64,000 bases of DNA from Sandaracinobacter sp. GTDB lineage: Bacteria; Pseudomonadota; Alphaproteobacteria; Sphingomonadales; Sphingomonadaceae. Below the pieces are notes generated by a model. It was not told the origin of the DNA and did not search any database. It was given only the letters and a program-made list of their open reading frames with translations. Position 1 is the first letter of the stretch. The number at the start of each line of letters is the position of its first letter. A program made the translations under genes and the position numbers. The stretch spans positions 1,411 to 65,410 of the forward strand of contig JANPJJ010000152.1 in assembly GCA_031425455.1 (NCBI GenBank), written 5' to 3'. Below are positions 21,730 to 31,436 of this stretch, piece by piece.

Positions 21730-22613
21730 CGCTCGCCGGTATCATAGTTGAACCCAAGCACCTTCGCGCCCGCGCCCAGCTCGGGCAGCTTCTGCGCAAT
21801 CGCCGCCAGCGTCGCGCCGGACGAAATGCCGACCAGCATGCCTTCCTCGCTCGCCGCGCGCCTTGCCCAGGTCTTGGCATCCTCCGGCGCCACCTGGATC
21901 ACACCGTCCAGCAGCTGGGTGTGCAGGTTGGCCGGGATGAACCCCGCGCCGATCCCCTGGATCGGGTGCGGCGCGGGCTGGCCGCCCGAAATCACCGGCG
22001 ACAAGGTCGGCTCGACCGCAAACACTCTCAGGCCCGGCCATTCGGCCTTCAGCACCTGCGCCACCCCGGTGATGTGGCCGCCGGTGCCCACGCCGGTCAC
22101 GATGGCGTTCAGCGGCGCCTCGGCGAAATCCGCCAGGATTTCCTGCGCGGTGGTGCGCACATGCACGTCGATATTGGCGGGATTGTCGAACTGCTGCGGC
22201 ATCCACGCACCCGGGGTCGCGTCCACCAGCTCCTGCGCCCGGGCAATCGCCCCCTTCATGCCCATTTCGCGCGGCGTGAGGTCGAAACTCGCACCATAGG
22301 CCAGCATCAGCCGGCGCCGCTCCAGGCTCATGCTCTCGGGCATTACCAGCACGATGCGGTAGCCCTTCACCGCCGCCACCATCGCCAGCCCGATCCCGGT
22401 GTTGCCGCTGGTCGGTTCGATGATGGTGCCCCCCGGCTGCAACGCCCCCGATCGTTCTGCATCCTCTACCATGGCAAGCGCGATCCGGTCCTTGATCGAC
22501 CCGCCCGGGTTCGACCGTTCGGATTTCGACCACACCTCGGCACCCGGGAACAGCCGGCTCAACCTGATATGCGGTGTGTTTCCGATCGTTTCCAGGATGT
22601 TGGCAGCAAGCAT
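21693..22613 (-). CDS. cysK: Cysteine synthase A
   Basis: [19 protein letters not shown] (PLP Lys), [28 protein letters not shown]. Confidence 0.96.
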   Translation of the reverse strand: MLAANILETIGNTPHIRLSRLFPGAEVWSKSERSNPGGSIKDRIALAMVEDAERSGALQPGGTIIEPTSGNTGIGLAMVAAVKGYRIVLVMPESMSLERRRLMLAYGASFDLTPREMGMKGAIARAQELVDATPGAWMPQQFDNPANIDVHVRTTAQEILADFAEAPLNAIVTGVGTGGHITGVAQVLKAEWPGLRVFAVEPTLSPVISGGQPAPHPIQGIGAGFIPANLHTQLLDGVIQVAPEDAKTWARRAASEEGMLVGISSGATLAAIAQKLPELGAGAKVLGFNYDTGERYLSVPDFLPVE

Positions 22614-22624
22614 CGAAGCCTCCT

Positions 22625-23914
22625 TCAGGCGAGCGGGCGGGGCGGGGCCGGTTCGGGTCTCATCGCCTGCGGCAGGTCTAGCCGGTCGGCGTCCCGCAGC
22701 TCCGGGAACAGCCGCGCCCATAGCACAGTCACCCCCAGCGCAAGCAAGCCGCCGATCACCGTCGCCTCCACCGCGCCAAACAGCGCCGCCGTCGTTCCGG
22801 CGCGGAATTCACCCAGCTCGTTCGACGCACTGACGAACAGCATCGACACCGACGAAACCCGGCCCCGCATCGCGTCGGGCGTGTGCAGCTGGATCAGCGA
22901 AGACCGGACATAGACCGAAACCATGTCGGCCGCGCCCAGCACGACCAGCGCTGCGATCGATACCCAGACGGTGGTGGAAAGCCCGAACAGGATCGTTGCC
23001 AGCGCGAAGATCCCGACATTTACGAACATCTTCACGCCCACCCGCCGCCCGAGCGGATTGCGCGTGAGCCACAGCGCCACCAGACCGGCGCCGAACGCCG
23101 GCGCGGCGCGGAGCAGGCCGAGGCCCCCCGGCCCCACCATCAGGATGTCGCGCGCATAGATCGGCAGCATCGCGGTCGCCCCGCCCAGGATCACGGCGAA
23201 CATGTCGAGCGAGATCGCGCCCAGCACGATCTGGTTGCCGCGCACATAGGCCAGGCCCTGCTTCACCGATTCGAGACCGCTGGCGTCGCTCCGCGGCGGC
23301 CGCGGCACCGGCGGAATTCGGAACAGCGCAACCAGCGACGCCGCCAGCAGCACCACCGCGATCGAATACGGCAGCGGCGGGCTGACATCATAGGCCAGGC
23401 CGCCGACGACCGGCCCCAGCACCGCACCCGTCTGCCACCCGATCGAGTTCCAGGCGATCGCCGTCGGGAGCACGTCCGGGGGCACCAGGTTCGGCGCCAG
23501 CGCCGAGAGCGAGGGCGCGGCGAAGGCCCGCGCCACCCCCAGCACGACAGCGACAGCAAACAACGGCCAGAGCAGGGTCGACCCCGCAAAAGCGAGGCCC
23601 GCCAGCACGGCGGCACAGAGCAGCTCCAGCAGGACCGCTCCCCGCGCAATGTGGCGCCGGTCCAGCCGGTCGGCGATCACGCCCACCACCAGGCTGAGGC
23701 CCAGCACCGGAAGGAACTGCGCCAGGCCGACCAGCCCCAGCAGGAACGCGGCCTCGCGGATCGGCAGGGTCGCCCGCGCCAGGTCGTACACCTGCCAGCC
23801 GATCACGATCACCATCAGCATCTGCGCCAGCGTCGAGCAGAACTTCGCCACGAAAAAGGCCCGGAACCTGGGGAAGGCGAACGGCGAGGCGGGAAGGGTG
23901 TCGACGGACGTCAC
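22625..23914 (-). CDS. MFS transporter (EntS/transmembrane secretion effector-like)
   Basis: About 12 [12 protein letters not shown] motif [10 protein letters not shown] in the second half. Confidence 0.9.
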   Translation of the reverse strand: MTSVDTLPASPFAFPRFRAFFVAKFCSTLAQMLMVIVIGWQVYDLARATLPIREAAFLLGLVGLAQFLPVLGLSLVVGVIADRLDRRHIARGAVLLELLCAAVLAGLAFAGSTLLWPLFAVAVVLGVARAFAAPSLSALAPNLVPPDVLPTAIAWNSIGWQTGAVLGPVVGGLAYDVSPPLPYSIAVVLLAASLVALFRIPPVPRPPRSDASGLESVKQGLAYVRGNQIVLGAISLDMFAVILGGATAMLPIYARDILMVGPGGLGLLRAAPAFGAGLVALWLTRNPLGRRVGVKMFVNVGIFALATILFGLSTTVWVSIAALVVLGAADMVSVYVRSSLIQLHTPDAMRGRVSSVSMLFVSASNELGEFRAGTTAALFGAVEATVIGGLLALGVTVLWARLFPELRDADRLDLPQAMRPEPAPPRPLA

Positions 23915-23956
23915 GCCGGCGGCCTAGCAGGCCCGTGACGCATCAGGGAAGCCAGG

Positions 23957-24505
23957 TCAGAAACGATCTTCCCGGTCGTGCGGGAACAGCAGCTGCGGAA
24001 CCTGGGTCAGCGTCCAGCTGTCCGTCGGCACCGGCCGGTCCAGCACCCACACCATGTCATAGCGGTCGTCCGGCCAGTCCTCGGGGCATGAAACGCCCCC
24101 TGCAATCAGCCGCGCCAGTCGCGCAATCTGGTGATGGTGCCAGGCGATCAGCACCGGCGACGGCGCCAGCAGCGCGGCGGCCGCAACGGCCGGCTCCTCG
24201 CCCTCGGCATGGCTCGCATCGATAGGCAGCCCCAGGGCGTGCGAAAGCGGCTCCACGGTTCGCTGCGACCTCAGGCTCGGGCTCAGCTCGGTGGCGGCGG
24301 CGGCGAAAATGGCGCGCGGCGGCAGGATGCCGGCGTGATGCGGCTCGCCGTTTCGCGGTGCGAAGAAGTGCACCAGGGCCGCAGCGCGCTGCCAGCCCCT
24401 CACCGTGAGCTCGTGCTTGGCGTGGAAGCCATCGATGCACACGCTCCGGTCCGGCCCGCCGTGCACCGGCTTTTCGGCGTGGCGAATGATCATGATCTTC
24501 GGCAT
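23957..24505 (-). CDS. Histidine phosphatase superfamily protein
   Basis: N-terminal IIRHAEK (RHxE), LTVRGWQRA, RSQRT, VLIAWHH; no signal peptide. Confidence 0.78.
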   Translation of the reverse strand: MPKIMIIRHAEKPVHGGPDRSVCIDGFHAKHELTVRGWQRAAALVHFFAPRNGEPHHAGILPPRAIFAAAATELSPSLRSQRTVEPLSHALGLPIDASHAEGEEPAVAAAALLAPSPVLIAWHHHQIARLARLIAGGVSCPEDWPDDRYDMVWVLDRPVPTDSWTLTQVPQLLFPHDREDRF

Positions 24506-24514
24506 GGCGGCGCG

Positions 24515-24543
24515 TTGACATGAATAGGGCTCGCGTGTCCAAT
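24515..24543 (+). promoter_or_regulatory. Putative sigma70 promoter for the phosphatase/kinase-like operon
   Basis: TTGACA-N17-TCCAAT, then GGAGG at 24556-24560 and ATG 24567. Confidence 0.55.
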
Positions 24544-24566
24544 CCCCAAAAGCGGGGAGGCCGGAC

Positions 24567-25658
24567 ATGATCTGGAGGTGGGGCAGGCGGTGCGGGACGC
24601 TGCTGGCAGCGATGATCGGTATGGCCGGCGCCGGGATCGCGGCCGAAGCCGGCGATGCGGCACGGCCGGCGCCGGGGCGGATCGTCGCAATCGGCGATCT
24701 GCATGGGGACTGGTCGGCCTGGCGCGACATCGCACGCGACGCCGGGCTGGTGGATGCGAACGGCAGCTGGACCGGCGGCAGCACCGTCCTGGTGCAGACC
24801 GGCGACGTCCCCGATCGCGGCCCCGATACGCTGAAAATCGTTCAGGACCTGATGCGCCTGCAGCGCGAGGCCCCGCGCAGCGGCGGCCGGGTGATCGCCA
24901 TGGTCGGCAACCATGAGGCGATGAACGTCACCGGCGACCTCCGCTATGTCTCCGCCGGCGAATATGCGGCCTTTGTCGACAGCAATTCGGAACGCCGCCG
25001 CGCCAAGGTGTTCGATACCAACCGCGCGACCATCGAGTCGGCCTATCGCAAGGCCAAGCCAGGCATGTCGGGCCGCGACATCCAGGCGGCCTGGAACGCC
25101 CGAACGCCGCTCGGCCTGGTCGAGCATCAGCTCGCCTGGAGACCCAATGGCGAGATCGGCCGCTGGGCGATCGGCAACCCCGGCGTGGTGCTGCTGGGCG
25201 GCACCCTGTTCGTGCACGGCGGCCTCAGCGCGGCCTACATCGGGCGCTCGATCGATGACATGAACCGCCGCATCGCTGCTGCGCTGAAGGCCCGCGACAC
25301 CGCCGATAGCTCGATCATCAACGACCAGGCCGGGCCGCTCTGGTATCGCGGGCTCGCGCGCAAGCCGGGCGCCCCGGCCGAGACCGCCCCGGAAGACGGC
25401 AAGGCGCCGGTGCCGCTGTTGTCGGTGGAGGAGGAATTGGCCAAGGTGCTTGCCGCCTTCGGCGCCGATCGAATGGTGATCGGCCACACCCCGAATTTGC
25501 CCGGCATTGCCATCCTGAACGAAGGCCGGCTGGTGCGGATCGATACCGGTATTTCGGCGGTCTACGGCGGTACCCTCACCTGGCTGGAGATCGTCGACGG
25601 CAGGCTGGTCCCGCATGTCGTCGCCAGGTCGGCGCCGGCGAGTGAAAAGGGGAAGTGA
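24567..25658 (+). CDS. Secreted PPP-type metallophosphatase (Shewanella-like/Shelph)
   Basis: Signal peptide; GDLHG, GDVPDRG, GNHE, FVHGG, VIGHT and RIDTG motifs. Confidence 0.92.
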   Translation: MIWRWGRRCGTLLAAMIGMAGAGIAAEAGDAARPAPGRIVAIGDLHGDWSAWRDIARDAGLVDANGSWTGGSTVLVQTGDVPDRGPDTLKIVQDLMRLQREAPRSGGRVIAMVGNHEAMNVTGDLRYVSAGEYAAFVDSNSERRRAKVFDTNRATIESAYRKAKPGMSGRDIQAAWNARTPLGLVEHQLAWRPNGEIGRWAIGNPGVVLLGGTLFVHGGLSAAYIGRSIDDMNRRIAAALKARDTADSSIINDQAGPLWYRGLARKPGAPAETAPEDGKAPVPLLSVEEELAKVLAAFGADRMVIGHTPNLPGIAILNEGRLVRIDTGISAVYGGTLTWLEIVDGRLVPHVVARSAPASEKGK

Positions 25659-26716
25659 TGCTGAAACAGCTATTCGTCGCCGTCACGGCGCTGCTTCTGG
25701 TCTCTCCCGCAACGGCAAAGGCGCCAAAGCCGCTGTTCGCCGACAGCGAGGTCATCCGGCTCACCATCAAGGGCCCGATCGTCGCGCTTCCCGCCAGCAA
25801 GCCGGACGCCGTCGTCGACGGAACGTTGAGCGTTCAGGGCGCCGCGCCCGAGACCCTGCCTGTCACGCTGCAGCTGCGCGGGATCACCCGGCGCAAGCGC
25901 GAGACCTGCGCCTTCCCGCCGCTTCGAGTCGAGTTCCCCGCAAAACCGCCGAAAGGATCGCTGTTCCAGGGGCAGGACAAGCTGAAGCTCGTCACCCACT
26001 GCCGCCGAGACCCCGGGTTCCAGCAGAATGTGCTGCTGGAATATGCCGCCTATCGCCTGTTCAGCGAGCTGTCGCCCACCAGCTTCGCCGTGCGGCTGGC
26101 ACAGATCGATTATGTCAACGACAAGGGCCAGCCGATCACGTCCAGGCTGGGCTTCTTCATCGAGGATGTGGGCGACATGGCCGACCGCCACGGCCTGCAC
26201 CAGATGAAGCCGAAAGGCCGCATCCCGTCCACCCAGCTCGATCCCAGGGCGTCCGTTCGCTTCGCCTTGTTCCAGGACATGATCGGCAATCTGGATTGGG
26301 GCATGAACGGCGGGCCGGCGGGCGAGACCTGCTGCCACAACGCCCGGCTTGTCGCCGCGAAGGCGGATGCGACATCCGGCTTCGCCCCGATCCCCTACGA
26401 CTTCGATTATTCCGGGCTCGTCGACGCGCCCTATGCGGTGTCTCCCGCCGAAATCCAGAGCGCCGGGGTGAAGGTGCGGCGCTATCGCGGTTTCTGCTCG
26501 CACAATGCCGGGGTCGCGCCCATGGCGGAGACCTTCCAGGCAAAACGGGCCAGTCTGTTGAAGGTAATCGCGGAGGTGCCGCTGATGGATGCCGGCACGC
26601 GAAAGAAGGCGACCTCCTACCTCGAGGATTTCTTCGAGCGGATCGCAACGCCCGATGCGATCGAGGCAAAGCTCCTGAAGACCTGCGTGAAGGTGGTCAC
26701 GGTTCCCGCCAGCTGA
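25655..26716 (+). CDS. Secreted protein with CotH-like atypical kinase motifs
   Basis: Signal peptide (..SPATA|K); LRG.TR, KLKLVTHC, LLEYAAY, FFIED, IGNLDW...HN, PIPYDFD. GTGATG overlap with the phosphatase stop. The kinase fold is inferred. Confidence 0.6.
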   Translation: MMLKQLFVAVTALLLVSPATAKAPKPLFADSEVIRLTIKGPIVALPASKPDAVVDGTLSVQGAAPETLPVTLQLRGITRRKRETCAFPPLRVEFPAKPPKGSLFQGQDKLKLVTHCRRDPGFQQNVLLEYAAYRLFSELSPTSFAVRLAQIDYVNDKGQPITSRLGFFIEDVGDMADRHGLHQMKPKGRIPSTQLDPRASVRFALFQDMIGNLDWGMNGGPAGETCCHNARLVAAKADATSGFAPIPYDFDYSGLVDAPYAVSPAEIQSAGVKVRRYRGFCSHNAGVAPMAETFQAKRASLLKVIAEVPLMDAGTRKKATSYLEDFFERIATPDAIEAKLLKTCVKVVTVPAS

Positions 26717-26722
26717 AAACGG

Positions 26723-27514
26723 CTAGTCGACCCCCGCAGGGTCCGGCCTTCCGCGCGCTGCGGGCGTGCTCGTGTCATCCACGATAATCGTCGCATTCTC
26801 GATCTCCACGGTCGCGGGCGTGCCCTCCTTGCCGTGCCGCGGACCCTTGCCGTTCGGATGGTCCACCTCCACGAGGTAGCGCTTCATGTCGCTTCGCTCG
26901 CCATAGCGAAGCAGCCACAGCATCACGAAGCACAGGTTGAACGCCGCGGAACTCAGCATGGCGAGCTCGACCGCGCCGATTCCGGCCGCAAGCCCGATGC
27001 TGATCGACAGCAGGATGAACAGAAGATCGCCCGAGCTCTTCAGCGTGTTGCGATACCGCGCCGCCCCGGCGATCCCGGCCAGCGAGAAGGCGAGCGCCAG
27101 GGAATGCTGGACGATGACGACGATGCTGGTGACGACCAGCGGCAGCATCACGATGGTGTCCACCAGCGACTGGTCATATTCGTGCGGGTCGCGGATGTTC
27201 ATATAAACCCAGCTGACCGGGAGCGAGGCCAGCAGCGCGCCGAGGATCGCAACGGCGAGCCAGACCAGGCTCCCCAGGAACGAAGGCGTGCTGCCGGCCG
27301 CCGCGGGCGCGGCCCGGGCCAGCTCGGCAATGCCGTCTACGGTCGGCGCCAGCTCCCCGGCCTGGGCAAGAAGGCCCTGCACCCGGCCGATCGGCAGGCT
27401 TTCCTGAAGCGCGGGGTCGATCCAGAGCACGACCAGAAGCGCACCCGCCATCAACGCGTAGTAGAGAACAAGTGTCGAAAGAAGTCGGATTGCCGGCACG
27501 TCATGCTCCCCCAC
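26723..27514 (-). CDS. DUF4956-like membrane protein
   Basis: SLALAFSLAGIAGAARYRNTLKSSGDLLFILLSISIGLAAGIG matches the DUF4956 pattern (L.G.L...RFR...K...D..F.......G.A.G). Confidence 0.78.
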   Translation of the reverse strand: MGEHDVPAIRLLSTLVLYYALMAGALLVVLWIDPALQESLPIGRVQGLLAQAGELAPTVDGIAELARAAPAAAGSTPSFLGSLVWLAVAILGALLASLPVSWVYMNIRDPHEYDQSLVDTIVMLPLVVTSIVVIVQHSLALAFSLAGIAGAARYRNTLKSSGDLLFILLSISIGLAAGIGAVELAMLSSAAFNLCFVMLWLLRYGERSDMKRYLVEVDHPNGKGPRHGKEGTPATVEIENATIIVDDTSTPAARGRPDPAGVD

Positions 27515-27605
27515 GCCAAGGCAAGCTGGCTAGAGGATTTGCCGGGCCGGCGCAAAACACTTTCCCATGCGGCCGACCCGCTGCGGCGCCCCGGCGCGAG
27601 ATCGT

Positions 27606-28472
27606 TCAGCCGCTCGCCAGCGCCACCAGGTCGGCCGTCAATCTCGATGCGTGCGTCACGCCCAGCCCGTGCGGTGCGCCCTCATATTCCAGCAGCCGGG
27701 CGCCGGCGATGCCTGCGGCCGCCCTGCGGCCGGTCGCATCGATCGGCACCACCTTGTCGGCTGTGCCGTGGATCACGAGCGTTTCGGGCGGAAACGCCGA
27801 CAGGTCGGGCCGGAAGTCGGTCTGGCCGAACGCCTTCATCGCCGCCAGCGTCGGCCACAGCCCTGCCATCATGGCCCAGCGATGGGTCTGCTGGAGCACC
27901 TCTGCGCTCAGCGCATCCGCCTTCGGCGGCATTCCCAACATGTCCTTCACGGCCGTGCCAACCCCGGCTCCGGCCCCGTAAAACTCCTTGATGAAAGACG
28001 CCATGAACGCAGCCCGATCGGCCCGTACGCCCTCCACCATCTCGGCCAGCGCTTCCGCCGGCACGCCGTCTGGATTGTCCGGTGCCCGGGCGAGCGACGG
28101 CACCACCGCCGCCACCAACGCAGCCGCCGTCACCGCCCTGCCGCCGTGTCGCGACAGGTAGCGCGCCACCTCGCCGCCACCCATCGAAAAGCCGGCGAGC
28201 GTCACGCCGTCGGTGGCGCCGGTTGCGGCCATCACATCGGCAAGATCGTCGGCGAACCCGTCATAGTCATAGCCGGACCAGGGCTGGTCGGAGCGGCCGA
28301 ACCCGCGCCGGTCGTAGGCAATGGCCCGGAACCCGGCTTCCGCCAGGCCCAGCGCCTGCACATCCCAGCTGTCCGCATTCAGCGGCCAGCCGTGGATCAG
28401 CACCACCGGCCGGCCTTCGCCCCAGACTTTCACGTACAGCCGGGTCCCGTCGCGTGTTGTCACATAGGGCAT
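27606..28472 (-). CDS. Non-heme chloroperoxidase/arylesterase-like alpha/beta hydrolase
   Basis: LIHGWPL, YDRRGFGRS, GFSMGGG nucleophile, HGTADKVVP, GAPHG. Confidence 0.93.
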   Translation of the reverse strand: MPYVTTRDGTRLYVKVWGEGRPVVLIHGWPLNADSWDVQALGLAEAGFRAIAYDRRGFGRSDQPWSGYDYDGFADDLADVMAATGATDGVTLAGFSMGGGEVARYLSRHGGRAVTAAALVAAVVPSLARAPDNPDGVPAEALAEMVEGVRADRAAFMASFIKEFYGAGAGVGTAVKDMLGMPPKADALSAEVLQQTHRWAMMAGLWPTLAAMKAFGQTDFRPDLSAFPPETLVIHGTADKVVPIDATGRRAAAGIAGARLLEYEGAPHGLGVTHASRLTADLVALASG

Positions 28473-28540
28473 GGTGGGTCGCTCCTGAACAGGGGGTGTT
28501 CAGGGTCAATCGCCCGCTTCCGGCGAAGTTCCCTGCCGCC

Positions 28541-30829
28541 CTAGACCTGGCCACCGGTGGCAGGCGCCACGAAACTGTCGAGCACCATCTTCACGCCCGC
28601 CTGGTCGAAGTCGATTTCCAGCTTGTTGCCCTCCTGCCCCTTCACGGTGCCCATGCCGAACTTGGCGTGGAACACGCGGGCGCCGACATCCAGATCATCG
28701 CGAGGCCGCCCGCCGACCGTCGAGGACAAGGCGCGCGCCTCGATGGTCCGCTGTGGCTGCAGCCCCCCCCGGGCGCTGGCCCGCTCCCAGCCGGGTCCGC
28801 GCCCGGCGCCGCGTTCCAGATGGGCGAACGGGTCGCTCTCGTCCAGCGCCGCTCGCCACAGGCTCGCGCCCCCCGACAACGTGGTTTCGCTCTCCACATG
28901 CTCCGGCGGCAGCTCGCCGATGAATCGCGACGGGATGGCGCTGGTCCACTGGCCATAGACCCGCCGGTTCGCGGCGTGCAGAATGGTCGCCCGCCGCCGC
29001 GCCCGGGTGATCCCGACATAGGCCAGCCGCCGCTCTTCCTCCAGCGCCGCATTGCCGTTCTCGTCCAGCGCCCGCTGGCTCGGGAACAGGCCTTCCTCCC
29101 AGCCGGGCAGGAACACATGGTCGAACTCCAGCCCTTTCGCCGCGTGCAGGGTCATCATCGTCACCTTGGCCTCCGCGTCGGTGCGATCATTCTCCATCAC
29201 CAGTGCCACATGCTCCAAAAAGGCCTGCAGATCGGTAAAGCCCTCCATCGCCCGCACCAGCTCGGCCAGATTGTCCAGCCGCCCCGCAGCCTCAGCGCTG
29301 CGGTCGGCTTCCAGCATGGCGATATAGCCGGCCTCCTCCAAAATGGTCTGCATCAGCGCGCTTTGGTCCAGCTGCGCCATCTGGTCCCGCCAGCGCCGGA
29401 TCGCCGCCAGCAGCTCGGCCAGCGATCGCCGCGCCGCCGGGGGCAGCTCGTCCGTCTCCACCAGCATCTGCGCTGCCAGCGGCAGAGTCAGCCCGGTGCC
29501 CCGTGCATGCGCCGCGACCTTCGCCAGGCTCTTGTCGCCGAGCCCGCGCTTGGGGGTGTTCACGATCCGCTCGAAGGCCAGGGCATCGTCGGGCTGCGCC
29601 ACGATCCGCAGATAGGCCAGCGCATCACGCACCTCGGCCCGCTCGTAGAAGCGGAACCCCCCCACGATCCGATAGGGCAGGCCGATCGCGATGAACCGGT
29701 CCTCGAATTCGCGGGTCTGGTACGAGGCACGAACCAGGATCGCAATCTCGGTCGGGCTCGCCCCCTCGCGCAGCAGCCGCTCGATCCGTTCGCCGACCAG
29801 CCGCGCTTCTTCCGGCCCATCCCAAATCGCGATGCTCGCCACCTTCTCCCCGGCGTTGCGCTCGGTCCACAAGGTCTTGCCGAGCCGACCCTTGTTGTGG
29901 GCGATCACATGCGCGGCAGCTGCCAGGATATGCGGAGTGGAGCGATAATTCTGCTCCAGCCGGATGATGCGTGCGTCGGGAAAGTCATGCTCGAACCGAA
30001 GGATGTTGGCGACTTCGGCGCCGCGCCAGGAATAGATTGACTGGTCGTCGTCGCCCACGCAGCAGATGTTGCCCTGGCCCCCCAGCGAGCGCGCCGCCAG
30101 CAGCGTCAGCCAGCGATATTGCGCGGCATTGGTGTCCTGATACTCGTCGACCAGCACATAGCGGAACCGCCGTTGCCATTCACCCAGCACGTCGGGATGG
30201 GCAACGAAGATCCGGATCATGTGGAGCAGCAGGTCGCCGAAATCGGCCGCGTTCAGCGCCTTGAGCTGCGCCTGATAGGCGGCGTAAAGCTCGGCACCGC
30301 GTCCATCGGCAAAAGCAAAGGATTCGCCGTTCGGAACCTCCTCAGCCGTTTGCCCCCTGTTCTTCCACCGATCTATCAGCCCGGAAAGCTGCCGCGCCGG
30401 CCAGCGCTTCTCGTCGATCCCGGCCTCTACGATGATCCGCTTCAGCAACCGAAGCACATCGTCGGTATCCAGGATGGTAAAGTTGGACCGAAGCCCCACC
30501 AGTTCGGCATGGCGCCGAAGCTTGCGTGCGGCGATCGTGTGGATGGTGCCGACGAAGGTCTTGCCTTCGGCGCCGGGGCCGATCATCGCGACCAGCCGGT
30601 GCCGCATCTCGGCCGCGGCCTTGTTGGTGAAAGTGACGGAAAGAATTTCGCTCGGCCAGGCGCGCTTTCGCGCCAGGATTTCGGCCAGCCGTGCGGTCAG
30701 CGCCCGGGTCTTGCCCGTCCCCGCCCCCGCCAGTACCAGGACCGCGCCATCCAGCAACGTCGCAGCCTCGCGCTGCGGCGGGTTCAGCCCCTGCAACCAG
30801 GGCGGATCTTCGGCGGGGAGGGAGGCCAT
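28541..30829 (-). CDS. uvrD: UvrD/PcrA/Rep ATP-dependent DNA helicase
   Basis: AGAGTGKT, TFTNKAA, VDEYQD, VGDDDQSIYSWRGA, QNYRS, TLHAAKGLEF, EERRLAYVGITRA; C-terminal Tudor-like HAKFGMG. Confidence 0.96.
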   Translation of the reverse strand: MASLPAEDPPWLQGLNPPQREAATLLDGAVLVLAGAGTGKTRALTARLAEILARKRAWPSEILSVTFTNKAAAEMRHRLVAMIGPGAEGKTFVGTIHTIAARKLRRHAELVGLRSNFTILDTDDVLRLLKRIIVEAGIDEKRWPARQLSGLIDRWKNRGQTAEEVPNGESFAFADGRGAELYAAYQAQLKALNAADFGDLLLHMIRIFVAHPDVLGEWQRRFRYVLVDEYQDTNAAQYRWLTLLAARSLGGQGNICCVGDDDQSIYSWRGAEVANILRFEHDFPDARIIRLEQNYRSTPHILAAAAHVIAHNKGRLGKTLWTERNAGEKVASIAIWDGPEEARLVGERIERLLREGASPTEIAILVRASYQTREFEDRFIAIGLPYRIVGGFRFYERAEVRDALAYLRIVAQPDDALAFERIVNTPKRGLGDKSLAKVAAHARGTGLTLPLAAQMLVETDELPPAARRSLAELLAAIRRWRDQMAQLDQSALMQTILEEAGYIAMLEADRSAEAAGRLDNLAELVRAMEGFTDLQAFLEHVALVMENDRTDAEAKVTMMTLHAAKGLEFDHVFLPGWEEGLFPSQRALDENGNAALEEERRLAYVGITRARRRATILHAANRRVYGQWTSAIPSRFIGELPPEHVESETTLSGGASLWRAALDESDPFAHLERGAGRGPGWERASARGGLQPQRTIEARALSSTVGGRPRDDLDVGARVFHAKFGMGTVKGQEGNKLEIDFDQAGVKMVLDSFVAPATGGQV

Positions 30830-30832
30830 CCG

Positions 30833-30847
30833 GAACAGATAGCGAAC
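30833..30847 (-). promoter_or_regulatory. Alphaproteobacterial LexA (SOS) box upstream of uvrD
   Basis: GAAC-AGATAGC-GAAC on plus (GTTC-N7-GTTC on minus), 3 nt before the ATG. Confidence 0.75.
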
Positions 30848-30971
30848 CTCCGTCCTGTGCGGCAAGGCCCGTGCTCCGAAATCTTATTGCACATAGATTG
30901 ACGAAACATGTCCTTGCGCGCAACTGGCAGGTGGATGTCGCCGCCGATTGAGGATGGTCCATCGAGGGGAG

Positions 30972-31436
30972 ATGACGATGAAGAACCTTGTTCTCGCGGT
31001 CGCGCTATCTGTGCTGGTCGCGGCACCCGGCCGCGCCGCAGATGACCCCAAGGTAACGGCCGAGGTCCTTGCGCTCGCCAAGGCGCAGATCGCGGCCACG
31101 GTGGCGGGCAAGCCGGTCGCCGAACGGATGGCGGCCGCTTCGGACGACTATACGCTCTTCAATCCAAACTATGTCACGCGTGTCGATGGCAAGACGGCAG
31201 TCATGGGATTCAACACCGGCACCGAGCTTGGCGGCACCCGCAATCTGCAGACGGAGATTCTGAATCCGCGGGTGCAGACCTATGGCGATACCGCAATTCT
31301 GACCTACAACGCGGCTGGCCTCAACCTGCGCAAGGATGGCACTACGAACCCGACCAACAGCAAGATTACGCGCGTCTATGCGAGGCAGGGCGGACGCTGG
31401 CAGAATGTACACACCCATATCTCTGCGGTGGAGTGA
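30972..31436 (+). CDS. Secreted NTF2-like (DUF4440/SnoaL) protein
   Basis: Signal peptide MKNLVLAVALSVLVAAPGRA; C-terminal TRVYARQGGRWQNVHTHIS typical of NTF2-like folds. Confidence 0.82.
   Translation: MTMKNLVLAVALSVLVAAPGRAADDPKVTAEVLALAKAQIAATVAGKPVAERMAAASDDYTLFNPNYVTRVDGKTAVMGFNTGTELGGTRNLQTEILNPRVQTYGDTAILTYNAAGLNLRKDGTTNPTNSKITRVYARQGGRWQNVHTHISAVE

Noticed and set aside
28082-30040. 652-aa plus-strand ORF
   Set aside because: Antisense shadow of uvrD and the hydrolase.
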